IMG/VR virus record: IMGVR_UViG_3300045988_154943
Span: 1-48,444 of that record
Reading direction: 5' to 3' (one strand)
Length of the DNA stretch: 48,444 nt
From: a virus
This document shows positions 36,912 to 45,504 of the stretch, piece by piece. The position numbers and the translations under genes were made by a program. The notes below the pieces were generated by a model. The model did not search any database. It saw only the letters and a program-made list of their open reading frames with translations, and was not told the DNA's origin. Position 1 is the stretch's first letter. Each line of letters starts with the position of its first letter.

Positions 36912-37648
36912 TATTCCTCCACCTTTGCAACTATATTGTTTATTCTTTCTTTTGCAATATTAAAATAATTTTCATCTAATTCAATTCCTATAAAATTTCT
37001 ATTTAATTCTGTACATGCAACTCCTGTTGTTCCTACCCCCATAAACGGGTCTATAACAATATCATTTTTGTTTGAACTATTTTCTATTAGTATTTTCATT
37101 AATTCAACTGGTTTTTCTGTTGGATGTTTCTTTTTACCAATAATATTGGGGATATCCAAAACATTTTTTGTTCCCATATTATTTATATTTCTTGCTTTCC
37201 CTTTTCTTAACATTAAAATAAATTCACAATTATTAAGATAATATCTATTAGGGGTTGCATTGTTTTTTCTCCATACCAATATATTTTGAAATTTGAACCC
37301 AACATTTTCTGCTTCTTGTTGCAATTCCTTTAAGTTTCTTGCATTTATCATTATGTAACAATGTGTATCTTTCTTTAATATTCTAAATAACTCTGGTAAC
37401 CATTGTTTAAATTCAATGTCATTATTATCAAATAACTTACCACTTTTTATGTTTTCAAAATTATATAACTGCCCTTGTGTTTCCCATTTTACCGAACATT
37501 TTCCACAACCTTTTTTATTACCATAAGCACCTGTTGTGCAACCACCACTTATAATATGATAAGGGCAATCCGTTACTATCAAATCTATACTTTCATTTGG
37601 TATATCTTTCATCAGTTCCAAGCAATCCCCTCTTCTTAAATCTATCAT
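36911..37648 (-). CDS. orphan DNA methyltransferase (N6-adenine/N4-cytosine beta-class)
   Basis: Motif IV TDCPYH (D/SPPY-type), motif I FMGVGTTG, HPTEKP; no adjacent restriction endonuclease. Confidence 0.8.
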   Translation of the reverse strand: MIDLRRGDCLELMKDIPNESIDLIVTDCPYHIISGGCTTGAYGNKKGCGKCSVKWETQGQLYNFENIKSGKLFDNNDIEFKQWLPELFRILKKDTHCYIMINARNLKELQQEAENVGFKFQNILVWRKNNATPNRYYLNNCEFILMLRKGKARNINNMGTKNVLDIPNIIGKKKHPTEKPVELMKILIENSSNKNDIVIDPFMGVGTTGVACTELNRNFIGIELDENYFNIAKERINNIVAKVEE

Positions 37649-37666
37649 TATCTATAATTCCTTTCT

Positions 37667-37942
37667 TTATTTTTTTGGCATATTGTAAATTAATATTGGT
37701 TTAGGTATCAAATCTATTTCTTCGCCTAGTCTATTTGTTTTTATTACACACGCATAATTTCTCATAATATTTTGTATTTCATCTAAAATTTCAATGGCTC
37801 TTTCTTTTGTTTTGTATGTTCCTAATTCAGTGTTATCTCCATTATAAGTACTAATTCTTTTATTTTCATAATTGGCATCTAAAAATATATTATCTACTTT
37901 TTGTAATATTCTCTTATCTTGGCTTCTTATCCATAACTCCAT
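37667..37942 (-). CDS. hypothetical protein
   Basis: 91-aa ORF. Confidence 0.4.
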   Translation of the reverse strand: MELWIRSQDKRILQKVDNIFLDANYENKRISTYNGDNTELGTYKTKERAIEILDEIQNIMRNYACVIKTNRLGEEIDLIPKPILIYNMPKK

Positions 37943-38034
37943 TTTTATCAGTCCTTTGTATTTCTTCTCTTGCCATTTCTTTTATATGTTCTTTAAATTG
38001 ATTTTCTTGTTCTTTATCCATATTCTTATTTCTC

Positions 38035-38364
38035 CTAATCTTCAAATACTGTTAAAAATTTTTTATTTCCACTACTCCCAAAACATAAATTACCCTCATC
38101 ACATATTAAAGATAATTCATTGAACGTAACTTCTTCAGGACATTTGTATATTCTGTATTCTCCGTGTAAATAACATGCTTCCCTTGAATAAACAATATCA
38201 TTTTTTTCTAATTCTTCTTCTGTGGGACTTTCATGTTTCAAATCACTTATTTTTAATATCTTATATTTATCTTGTAGTTCTTTGTAAATTTCTCTATTAA
38301 TTTTTCCTTTTTCTCTTTCATTTTTAGTAAAAGCCCAACCATTATATACTATTCTTTCTATCAT
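38035..38364 (-). CDS. hypothetical protein
   Basis: 109-aa ORF. Confidence 0.4.
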   Translation of the reverse strand: MIERIVYNGWAFTKNEREKGKINREIYKELQDKYKILKISDLKHESPTEEELEKNDIVYSREACYLHGEYRIYKCPEEVTFNELSLICDEGNLCFGSSGNKKFLTVFED

Positions 38365-38588
38365 TATTTATCCTCCTCCTTTTCTAAAAATCTCTTATTA
38401 TATTCATTAATCCCTAATCTTAAGACTAAATCTAATTTTTCTTTTTCAATTATATTAGGAATTATATTATTCTCCTCGCAATATCTTTCTATTGCTTTTA
38501 ATGTTTCTTTGTCTTGATTACTTATAATTTCGGTAATCATTGTTTGGGAATACCTCAATAATTCTTCGCTTTCATTATATTCAAACAT
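38364..38588 (-). CDS. hypothetical protein
   Basis: 74-aa ORF, coupled. Confidence 0.4.
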   Translation of the reverse strand: MFEYNESEELLRYSQTMITEIISNQDKETLKAIERYCEENNIIPNIIEKEKLDLVLRLGINEYNKRFLEKEEDK

Positions 38589-38718
38589 GATTATTTCTCC
38601 TTTAACTCCGCTACTATTACTCTTTCTCCACAGTCATTTTCACAATATATAAAGCCATTTTCTACATAAAATTTTAGATAACTTGCATTCTTTATATCAA
38701 CTATATCAATTTTCTTTT

Positions 38719-38928
38719 TCATTTTCTGCCTTTATATTTTCTTTTTATAATCGGAACTGATATACTCCATTCGCATTGTGGACATATTAGAAATCGATAA
38801 TAGTCTGGAATAACCCTAAAATCTATATCATTTATTGTATAAGTAAATTTGCAACCGCAAACTTCGCATTTTTTTACATAAACTATTTCATCTGGTAAAG
38901 TTTTAGTTCCTTTTTTAATTATTTTCAT
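38719..38928 (-). CDS. small zinc-ribbon protein
   Basis: CEVCGCKF...CPQCEW. Confidence 0.4.
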   Translation of the reverse strand: MKIIKKGTKTLPDEIVYVKKCEVCGCKFTYTINDIDFRVIPDYYRFLICPQCEWSISVPIIKRKYKGRK

Positions 38929-38930
38929 AT

Positions 38931-39338
38931 CTATTCTCCTATCTTTTCATGTAAAATGTTTAAATCATTCCCATCACCATCTATGTAAATAGGTTTCTTA
39001 TCATCACTATTTAATGCTCTATCTACAAATATTGTTGTTTCATCTATAAGCCCTTTTAAGCCCTCTACTGTATTAAAACCATCATAGTCAAATATTAGAC
39101 CATATATTAGGTCTAGATAAGCATTTTTTATATCTATTTCCCTTTGTAAGTCCTCTAATTTCACAATTGCATTTGTTATTGTCATGCCTGATATTAACTC
39201 AGCATAATCTTCGTATTTAAAACCTAATTTATCATAAATTAAGTATCTATAAGACCCACTTTCATTATTTATAAAATCTGCTAGTGCTTTAAATACTTTC
39301 TTCGTTTGGTCTAATCTTATCTCTTCTTCATCTATCAT
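38931..39338 (-). CDS. hypothetical protein
   Basis: 135-aa ORF. Confidence 0.4.
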   Translation of the reverse strand: MIDEEEIRLDQTKKVFKALADFINNESGSYRYLIYDKLGFKYEDYAELISGMTITNAIVKLEDLQREIDIKNAYLDLIYGLIFDYDGFNTVEGLKGLIDETTIFVDRALNSDDKKPIYIDGDGNDLNILHEKIGE

Positions 39339-39539
39339 TTAATCACTTTCCTTTTTTAATTTATCAAAATAATCTTTTTTGTTATCTCCTAGAGTATTCC
39401 CGTAAACTCCATCAACAACATCAACTAAATAATCTTTAATAACTTTTGCTTCTCTAATGTCTTTTAATTCTTCTATTAGTTGTATAATACATAATTTCAT
39501 GTAAGCATTTTCTTTAACTAATTTTAAATGTTCACTCAT
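39339..39539 (-). CDS. hypothetical protein
   Basis: 66-aa ORF. Confidence 0.4.
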   Translation of the reverse strand: MSEHLKLVKENAYMKLCIIQLIEELKDIREAKVIKDYLVDVVDGVYGNTLGDNKKDYFDKLKKESD

Positions 39540-39541
39540 CT

Positions 39542-39931
39542 TTACTCACCTACCTTATAAGCCATTTGTTCCATTTGCTCGTGTGTGATGACTGATTTTA
39601 TATTTTCTTCATATAGCCATACATAATTTTCATCTTCGCCTATGTCAATTCTTTTAACTCCACTTTGTTTAGATTTAACTTCATGCCCATTAACATAATC
39701 TCCCTTTTCCAAAATATCAATGATATTAAAACTTGTCTTACATTCTTTTATGATTTTTTCATCAGTATAAAATTCATAATTAAATTTATAGCCAGTATTT
39801 AGAAAATCATCTAATTTAATTACTTTAACTCTAGGCTTCCCATAACCATCATCTTTAGTTATATTTACTATTTTTCTAATACCATAAGGAGTTCTAATAA
39901 ATTGCCCAACTTCTAATTTCATTTTTATCAC
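39542..39931 (-). CDS. hypothetical protein
   Basis: 129-aa ORF. Confidence 0.4.
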   Translation of the reverse strand: MIKMKLEVGQFIRTPYGIRKIVNITKDDGYGKPRVKVIKLDDFLNTGYKFNYEFYTDEKIIKECKTSFNIIDILEKGDYVNGHEVKSKQSGVKRIDIGEDENYVWLYEENIKSVITHEQMEQMAYKVGE

Positions 39932-39937
39932 TCTTTT

Positions 39938-40225
39938 CTATACATCACTTAAATATGGTTGATTGAAATCTTCATCATACCAAAATTCTTTTATTCTTCT
40001 TCTTGTTTGCGTATCAAAAGCTCCAAAACTTCTAAATCTCCATTCTTTTAAAATAACGTAACCAAAGAACTCTTCCCTTATCCCATAAATATTAGTTCCA
40101 CAAGTGCATATTTTTGTATTATCACATACTAAATATTCTCTTTTATCTTCTATTACATAATCAAGTTCTATTTCTAATGCTTTTGCTATATCTCCTAATT
40201 CTTTTAAAACTTCATCTTTTTTCAT
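39938..40225 (-). CDS. hypothetical protein
   Basis: 95-aa ORF. Confidence 0.4.
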   Translation of the reverse strand: MKKDEVLKELGDIAKALEIELDYVIEDKREYLVCDNTKICTCGTNIYGIREEFFGYVILKEWRFRSFGAFDTQTRRRIKEFWYDEDFNQPYLSDV

Positions 40226-40230
40226 TATTT

Positions 40231-40503
40231 TTACTCCCCTTTCAAAATCTTCAAATAATCTTGTAAAAAATAAATTAGTAACTTTCTATAATCCAACTTC
40301 TCATTTGTATAAAATCCTGGGTTCCAAGTGGCTTCATCATTTAATAAAATATGTTCATATAATTCATGCTCTATATCTCTAACTACTTTATTTATTCTTT
40401 TTTCATATATTGCTTGTGTAGTCTCATACCATTGTATTATTTTTGCTTGTTTGTTTACTTCTTCTTCTAATCTTTTTATTGTATTTTCTAATTCTTTATT
40501 CAT
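40231..40503 (-). CDS. hypothetical protein
   Basis: 90-aa ORF. Confidence 0.4.
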   Translation of the reverse strand: MNKELENTIKRLEEEVNKQAKIIQWYETTQAIYEKRINKVVRDIEHELYEHILLNDEATWNPGFYTNEKLDYRKLLIYFLQDYLKILKGE

Positions 40504-40544
40504 ACTTATTCTCCTTTTTCATATCTTTAAATTTTTCTTTCATA

Positions 40545-41051
40545 TTACTCGCCATATTCTTCTCTTGGGTTACTCTCTTCTTGATTTTCTAACTCCTTTA
40601 TTTCCTCTTTCTGATGGTCTATGATATTTAGCAAATCTTCTATTATTAGGTTCTTTTCTTTAGCAAAATCGTACTCTGTCAATGTAACATTTGCTACTCT
40701 TTCCTTTAATTTACTCTTTTTGTTAAATGTTATCCCCATATTTCTTATGATATAGTCCGTAATAACGTCCAAATTAGGCTCTAATTGGTTATACACATCT
40801 ACTTTTTCATATTTATTTAGGTCTTTCTCATATAAATCCCCTACAGATATTTCCCATTCTCTCTTACCCCAATATCTATACATGAACTCACCCCTTAAGC
40901 ATTCTTTAAACCCCATTCTATCCTTGATTTTACCCTTTTTAACCATCTCTTGTAGCCTTTTTAATGTGTCCTCATGTAACACGTTAGTATTATTCATTTC
41001 CTTTGCATTAAAATCATAATACATTGCATAATATTTAATCTCTTTTCTCAT
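40545..41051 (-). CDS. hypothetical protein, first gene of the operon
   Basis: 168 aa, GGGAGG SD, immediately downstream of a consensus promoter. Confidence 0.5.
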   Translation of the reverse strand: MRKEIKYYAMYYDFNAKEMNNTNVLHEDTLKRLQEMVKKGKIKDRMGFKECLRGEFMYRYWGKREWEISVGDLYEKDLNKYEKVDVYNQLEPNLDVITDYIIRNMGITFNKKSKLKERVANVTLTEYDFAKEKNLIIEDLLNIIDHQKEEIKELENQEESNPREEYGE

Positions 41052-41076
41052 TATGCCTCCCTTTAATTATGTCTCT

Positions 41077-41105
41077 ATTATACCTTTTATTATTTATAAT
41101 GTCAA
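41077..41105 (-). promoter_or_regulatory. perfect consensus promoter TTGACA-17-TATAAT for the 41.0-34.4 kb operon
   Basis: Minus strand TTGACAttataaataataaaaggTATAAT, then GGGAGG SD and ATG. Confidence 0.7.
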
Positions 41106-41121
41106 TACATTTATAAACCAC

Positions 41122-41529
41122 AAAAAAACAACCTTTTATGGTTGCTTCAACAAAAACGAAAACCTTTGTATCTTTAATAGATACTGCACTAATGATATAA
41201 ACTAGTATTACCTTTAATGTCGGCTACAGAATAATTTCATAGTCTAGGGTATATATCATCAGTACACTACCTATTTAGATAATGTGAACAACGAATTAAA
41301 AAGATAACATCTAATTAATTCCGAGTAGTCATCCTCGCCTTTACTTCTACTAATCTATTTAGCATAACCAAATGCTTCAAAGTAAATAGTGCCTTATAGA
41401 CACCATATCAAGTAAATATATTACTAGCACCCTAAACTACACTAGGCATTGGTTCTTTAAGACTTTATATACTTACTCAATATGCTGCCTATAGCAGCAC
41501 ACAATTATTTTTTTATAACCTCTCGGTTA
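41122..41529 (-). ncRNA. candidate ~400-nt phage-encoded non-coding RNA between two consensus promoters
   Basis: Upstream perfect promoter (41537-41565), downstream terminator CAACCataaaaGGTTGttttttt (41122-41146); longest minus-strand ORFs are under 20 codons; hairpins GTATCTattaaAGATAC and GCTGCtatagGCAGC. Confidence 0.45.
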
Positions 41530-41536
41530 CATACTC

Positions 41537-41565
41537 TATTATATTACTTCTTTCTTGCTTTGTCA
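41537..41565 (-). promoter_or_regulatory. perfect consensus promoter TTGACA-17-TATAAT
   Basis: Minus strand TTGACAaagcaagaaagaagtaaTATAAT. Confidence 0.65.
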
Positions 41566-41699
41566 ATACGTGATTTCCAAAGTATAAATTTTGGTCGGAG
41601 TTATGACAAGGGGTAACTCAAGGAAAACGCGAACATATAGGTGGTGTGGGGCGTGGTGTTTACTTCCAATATTGATATAATATTGAACCTTAAAAGTGT

Positions 41700-41990
41700 A
41701 AATAAAATGTAAAGTATTTATAGCAAATATTTGTATGAGTAATATCTAATTTAACAAGTGTAACAAATACGCAAATAAAAAAGAATAATGATATAAATAA
41801 TAATACTATAATAATACAATAAACACACTATATATATTATACTATATAAGCGTATGAGTACATAAAAGAGAGTATATAAAAGTAGTATATACACATTTTA
41901 AGGGTATAAATAAGCGTTTTTTGCTTTATATAGTAATAAATAAGTACTATAATACAATAACACTATATAATACCATATAAACCACTTTTA
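41700..41990. repeat. AT-rich block with imperfect ~30-bp direct repeats (tactataat(aa)tacaataa(a)cac(ac)tatata), duplicated short motifs, and a C-rich island
   Basis: Copies at about 41803-41835 and 41944-41975; gtatgagta x2; ataagcgt x2; unusual G-run ggtggtgtggggcgtggtg at 41638-41656. Confidence 0.5.
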
Positions 41991-41993
41991 AGC

Positions 41994-42026
41994 ATAAAAA
42001 AAGACCATTTTACTAGTCTTTTTCTT
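41994..42026 (-). terminator. rho-independent terminator for the 42240..42013 gene
   Basis: AAAGACcattttactaGTCTTT stem-loop followed by a T-run on the minus strand; includes the stop codon. Confidence 0.55.
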
Positions 42027-42240
42027 TAAATAGTACTAAGTTTTTGTTTTTAAGTATTTTAATATCTTCTAAACTTGTTGTTATATTTGCGTATATTTGC
42101 GATTTCTTGTAATAGTCTTTTAAGTCATTTAATGCTTGCTTTAGGTTAGTATATTCTTTTAAGTATCTAATATCATTTTTTAAAGTGTCGTACTTGTAGA
42201 GTGTGTAAAAGTGTTTAGTTTTCATATGTTTAACCCTCAA
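42013..42240 (-). CDS. hypothetical protein
   Basis: 75-aa ORF with terminator. Confidence 0.45.
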   Translation of the reverse strand: MRVKHMKTKHFYTLYKYDTLKNDIRYLKEYTNLKQALNDLKDYYKKSQIYANITTSLEDIKILKNKNLVLFKEKD

Positions 42241-42408
42241 TAAACATTACAAGGTCTAAACTATCTTTGAAATTTTGTTTTTCAAGTTCTGTCATAACTT
42301 TGTTAAACTCTTCTTTGCTTAATTCCATTAAACTACTATACAAACGACCATAAAGACCTTGACTACTTGCTAAACTTCTAATTGTTTTCATGATTTCTTC
42401 TCTTTTCA

Positions 42409-42756
42409 TTATTCTCCCCCCTCTAAGTATCTTTTCTTGTCTGTTTCATTGCAAAATGACCTAGTCCAGTCATTTCTTATTGTATAAGTTTTATTATATG
42501 TATAATTATATACATTTTTATATTCTAAATAATTCCACGTAACATAAGTAAAAGATTTATCACTTCTTAAATCTTTTAAGATTAATTCTAATTCTTTACT
42601 AGTTCTACATAATATTATTTGTAAGTGTGGTTTATTAGCACTATCTCCCCAGGCACTTAGAAACTTGTCTTCTGCTTTTATAATATATTTATAACCTAAC
42701 TTTTTAAATTCTTCTATATCTTTTTTGGTTACATTTTCCATATAAATATTTTTCAT
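42409..42756 (-). CDS. hypothetical protein
   Basis: 115-aa ORF, divergent from the plus-strand cluster. Confidence 0.45.
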   Translation of the reverse strand: MKNIYMENVTKKDIEEFKKLGYKYIIKAEDKFLSAWGDSANKPHLQIILCRTSKELELILKDLRSDKSFTYVTWNYLEYKNVYNYTYNKTYTIRNDWTRSFCNETDKKRYLEGGE

Positions 42757-43153
42757 TTTTTTATTACCTCATTTCATTTTTTTATTTTTTCATATTCACA
42801 AGTGTTCAATACACTTTTTTAATTAATTACAACTTTTTACAATTGTATTTTTTAAAACTAAAAACTTTTTAAATTCTAACAAACTTTTATAGTCATTTTC
42901 TTTTAGTCCTGTTAGTTTACAATAAATTTTATAGTTTTTGAAGTTAAACTCTTCCATGCTTTTCACCTCTTTTCTACTTAAAACTTTGTGTCTCTTGCTT
43001 TAAGCACTTTAATTGTATCACACTTTAAATACATTTGCAATACTTTTTTTGTAATTTTTTTATTTTCTTTTTTTGTTGTCCTTATTATATATATAATTTT
43101 TATTCTATTTTTCTAAAAAAGTTTTCTATTTTTTCCAATTTTAGAAAATGTTA

Positions 43154-43162
43154 TGATATAAT
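43154..43162 (+). promoter_or_regulatory. extended -10 promoter element TGaTATAAT for the plus-strand cluster
   Basis: Perfect TGnTATAAT about 270 nt upstream of the first plus-strand gene; -35 weak. Confidence 0.4.
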
Positions 43163-43180
43163 GTAATCACTTAACAAAAA

Positions 43181-43196
43181 GAAGTCCAAAGACTTC
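43181..43196. promoter_or_regulatory. operator-like palindrome GAAGTCcaaaGACTTC
   Basis: Perfect 6-bp half-sites; the same half-site recurs at 43340-43349 and 43387-43396. Confidence 0.45.
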
Positions 43197-43339
43197 CAAA
43201 AAGTTAAGTAAATAGTTATTTTACAACATAGTTTACACACTTTACACTAACTTTACATTAAATTGTCATTTTGTTGATATTGTGTGAAATTTTGGGGTTT
43301 TGGGAGTTGTAAAATATCTAGAAATATGTAGAGATTTTT

Positions 43340-43396
43340 GGACTTCTAGTTGTAGTTCTTTTAGAAAAATTTGTGTCTTTTGTTTTCTAGAAGTCC
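43340..43396. promoter_or_regulatory. pair of inverted 10-bp sites GGACTTCTAG ... CTAGAAGTCC flanking a 37-nt spacer just upstream of the first plus-strand gene
   Basis: Exact reverse complements at 43340-43349 and 43387-43396. Confidence 0.45.
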
Positions 43397-43429
43397 TTAA
43401 GTCTTAAAAAAAAAGGAAAGGAAGATATT

Positions 43430-43699
43430 ATGAAAAAAGTCCATTATGAAGATTTGGGTGTCTACTTTGGCACTAAAGCAAACGAATACTTCAATACTGA
43501 TATGTTTGAAATGATAACAATTAACTATGCTGAAGATATTAAAGAAGATAACTATAATGAAGAAACAGGACTATCAAAATGTCATATAGAATTGACATAC
43601 CCTAAAGCAAATAAACCACTATTATTAATATACTTCTACACATGCTACATATATGATAGTGAAGATAACTTAATAGGCATTGAATTTTATATAGACTAG
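43430..43699 (+). CDS. hypothetical protein (DUF2283-like beta-rich small protein?)
   Basis: 89 aa, AGGAAAGGAAG SD; C-terminal YFYTCYIYDSEDNLIGIEF. Confidence 0.45.
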   Translation: MKKVHYEDLGVYFGTKANEYFNTDMFEMITINYAEDIKEDNYNEETGLSKCHIELTYPKANKPLLLIYFYTCYIYDSEDNLIGIEFYID

Positions 43700-43711
43700 A
43701 GATTTAATATA

Positions 43712-43726
43712 GTTTCTATGTTCTAA
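43712..43726. repeat. 15-bp exact repeat GTTTCTATGTTCTAA (copy 1 of 3; others at 47119-47133 and 48100-48114)
   Basis: Three identical 15-mers on the plus strand; copies 1 and 3 are intergenic and share extended ATAT(T)AGTTTCTATGTTCTAA. Confidence 0.8.
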
Positions 43727-43748
43727 CAATGAAGAGGAGTGATTAAAA

Positions 43749-43931
43749 ATGTATAAAATTGTACTTGAAGGCAACCCAGGTTACACACTAATTGGAAACA
43801 TTAAAGATATTGAAACGGCAAAAGAAAGACTAAAAGAAATGATAGAGACCGATAAATATTTAGCGAAATATTATAATTGGAGTAAACTACCTAGATATTT
43901 AATTTTAGAGGAAGAGGAGAGTGAAAAATAA
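43749..43931 (+). CDS. hypothetical protein
   Basis: 60 aa. Confidence 0.4.
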   Translation: MYKIVLEGNPGYTLIGNIKDIETAKERLKEMIETDKYLAKYYNWSKLPRYLILEEEESEK

Positions 43932-44113
43932 TGAGATATTTAGAAGAATTGAAAAATAATGAAGTTGACAACAAATTTATTGATACAATTGATTATGAAA
44001 AAGTCAATGACATACTTTATTATTTAGCAACACACAATAAAAATTATAACAATGAACAATACGAAAAAATAATAGAATTAAAAGAGATGTTTGAGAAAGA
44101 GAGGAAAGAATAA
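43931..44113 (+). CDS. hypothetical protein
   Basis: 60 aa, ATGA-coupled. Confidence 0.4.
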   Translation: MRYLEELKNNEVDNKFIDTIDYEKVNDILYYLATHNKNYNNEQYEKIIELKEMFEKERKE

Positions 44114-44358
44114 TGGAACAATTGACAATGCAAGACTTAAAAGTCTTTATTCAAGAATTAGAAAATAATGGGTATGATTTAAGCAAAATACAAGTTTATT
44201 TAGGTGACGACGACGAATTAAACGGGGTACATAATGCTTGGGACTTAAGTTTGTTAGACAAAGGGCATTTAAACGAAGATACACAATATGTACTTGATTT
44301 AATTGAAGAAAATTGTGGTACAAGTGAATTAAAAAAGATAGGAGTGTTGATTTCATAA
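44113..44358 (+). CDS. hypothetical acidic protein
   Basis: 81 aa, coupled. Confidence 0.4.
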   Translation: MEQLTMQDLKVFIQELENNGYDLSKIQVYLGDDDELNGVHNAWDLSLLDKGHLNEDTQYVLDLIEENCGTSELKKIGVLIS

Positions 44359-44531
44359 TGACTAAAAAAGAATTAGAAGAGAAAATACATAATTTAAAAC
44401 ACGAAATAGTTGGACTATATAATTTAGCAAAAGAATTGGGAAATAAAAACCCACAAGATAATTTTATGATAAAAGATAGACTTGAATTATTACAAAAATT
44501 TGAAAAACAATTAAAGGAGAGTGAAAAATAA
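44358..44531 (+). CDS. hypothetical protein (57 aa, not in the ORF track)
   Basis: ATAATG coupling at both ends; MTKKELEEKIHNLKHEIVGLYNLAKELGNKNPQDNFMIKDRLELLQKFEKQLKESEK. Confidence 0.4.
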   Translation: MTKKELEEKIHNLKHEIVGLYNLAKELGNKNPQDNFMIKDRLELLQKFEKQLKESEK

Positions 44532-44707
44532 TGCAAGTAAGAGTATTTTATGATAATGGACATGACTACGGAGAATTTGAGTATTTTAGCAAGTATGATA
44601 GAATAAATGCTAAAGGTATTAAAGAAGAAATAGAAAGTGTCATGATACGAAAATTTGGTAAAATAGCATATTATTATAATATTATACAATTTTATAGAGT
44701 AGATTAG
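44531..44707 (+). CDS. hypothetical protein (58 aa, not in the ORF track)
   Basis: MQVRVFYDNGHDYGEFEYFSKYDRINAKGIKEEIESVMIRKFGKIAYYYNIIQFYRVD; GGAGAG SD. Confidence 0.4.
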   Translation: MQVRVFYDNGHDYGEFEYFSKYDRINAKGIKEEIESVMIRKFGKIAYYYNIIQFYRVD

Positions 44708-44718
44708 GAGGTAAAACA

Positions 44719-45159
44719 ATGGGAAATAAATATTATAAATGGAATAAAAGGGGTAGTAGAATTATAATTGATACTGGTTATAAAACTTTTGATAATTATA
44801 TTGTATGTATCACAACTGGACAATGTATTTGGGGTGGACAAACAAGTTTTTATATAAGACCATATAACGAAACAACTTGTAATGGTTTAGAACACGAAAA
44901 AGGTTATTTAAGAAATTATGATTTATCTATGTTTAATAACAATTTAGATTATCAAGTAAAAGAATATGTTAAGAATATAACAGAAAATAAAGGTTGTTTA
45001 TTGTATAAATTCTATACTTATAAAAATGGTGTAGAAAATATAGTTGGATTTATTGTAGAACAAAATGGCAACTATAAAATATTTAATAATAGTTATTATG
45101 TGAGAGCAAAAAAACAAAAATGTTTAGAAACAATAGTGAAAGTGCTTAGAAATGAATAA
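44719..45159 (+). CDS. hypothetical protein
   Basis: 146 aa, AGGAGG SD. Confidence 0.5.
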   Translation: MGNKYYKWNKRGSRIIIDTGYKTFDNYIVCITTGQCIWGGQTSFYIRPYNETTCNGLEHEKGYLRNYDLSMFNNNLDYQVKEYVKNITENKGCLLYKFYTYKNGVENIVGFIVEQNGNYKIFNNSYYVRAKKQKCLETIVKVLRNE

Positions 45160-45173
45160 GGAGGAGAAAGAAA

Positions 45174-45338
45174 ATGACTAAGTTTGAGATATATAGCATA
45201 CTAGAGAACATTGATTTAGTATGTAAACTTGATAATAACCAACTTGAAGATTTACTTGAGAGAATTAAGAATAGTACAAAAGAAGATTTAGAAAGAGCAA
45301 TAAATATGTTTATTGTTAGTGTATATGAAAGGAAGTAG
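45174..45338 (+). CDS. hypothetical protein (54 aa, not in the ORF track)
   Basis: AAGGAGGAG SD; MTKFEIYSILENIDLVCKLDNNQLEDLLERIKNSTKEDLERAINMFIVSVYERK. Confidence 0.4.
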   Translation: MTKFEIYSILENIDLVCKLDNNQLEDLLERIKNSTKEDLERAINMFIVSVYERK

Positions 45339-45343
45339 ATAGA

Positions 45344-45499
45344 ATGAAAGAAAGCAAAATTAAGGAAAGAATAAAGGAAATCAAAAAGCAATTAAAATAT
45401 ATTGAAGAAAGAGATAAAGTTTGTTGCACTTTTGGTTGTCAAGGCGAAAAGGAAGAATTATTAGCAGAGTTAGAAGAATTAGAGGAATATGGAGAGTGA
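45344..45499 (+). CDS. hypothetical protein (51 aa, not in the ORF track)
   Basis: MKESKIKERIKEIKKQLKYIEERDKVCCTFGCQGEKEELLAELEELEEYGE. Confidence 0.35.
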   Translation: MKESKIKERIKEIKKQLKYIEERDKVCCTFGCQGEKEELLAELEELEEYGE

Positions 45500-45504
45500 G
45501 TGAA

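Noticed and set aside
44147-44719. 190-aa minus-strand ORF antisense to the plus-strand small-gene cluster
   Set aside because: Antisense to a run of well-formed coupled genes with SDs. Translation is Phe/Ile/Ser low-complexity.
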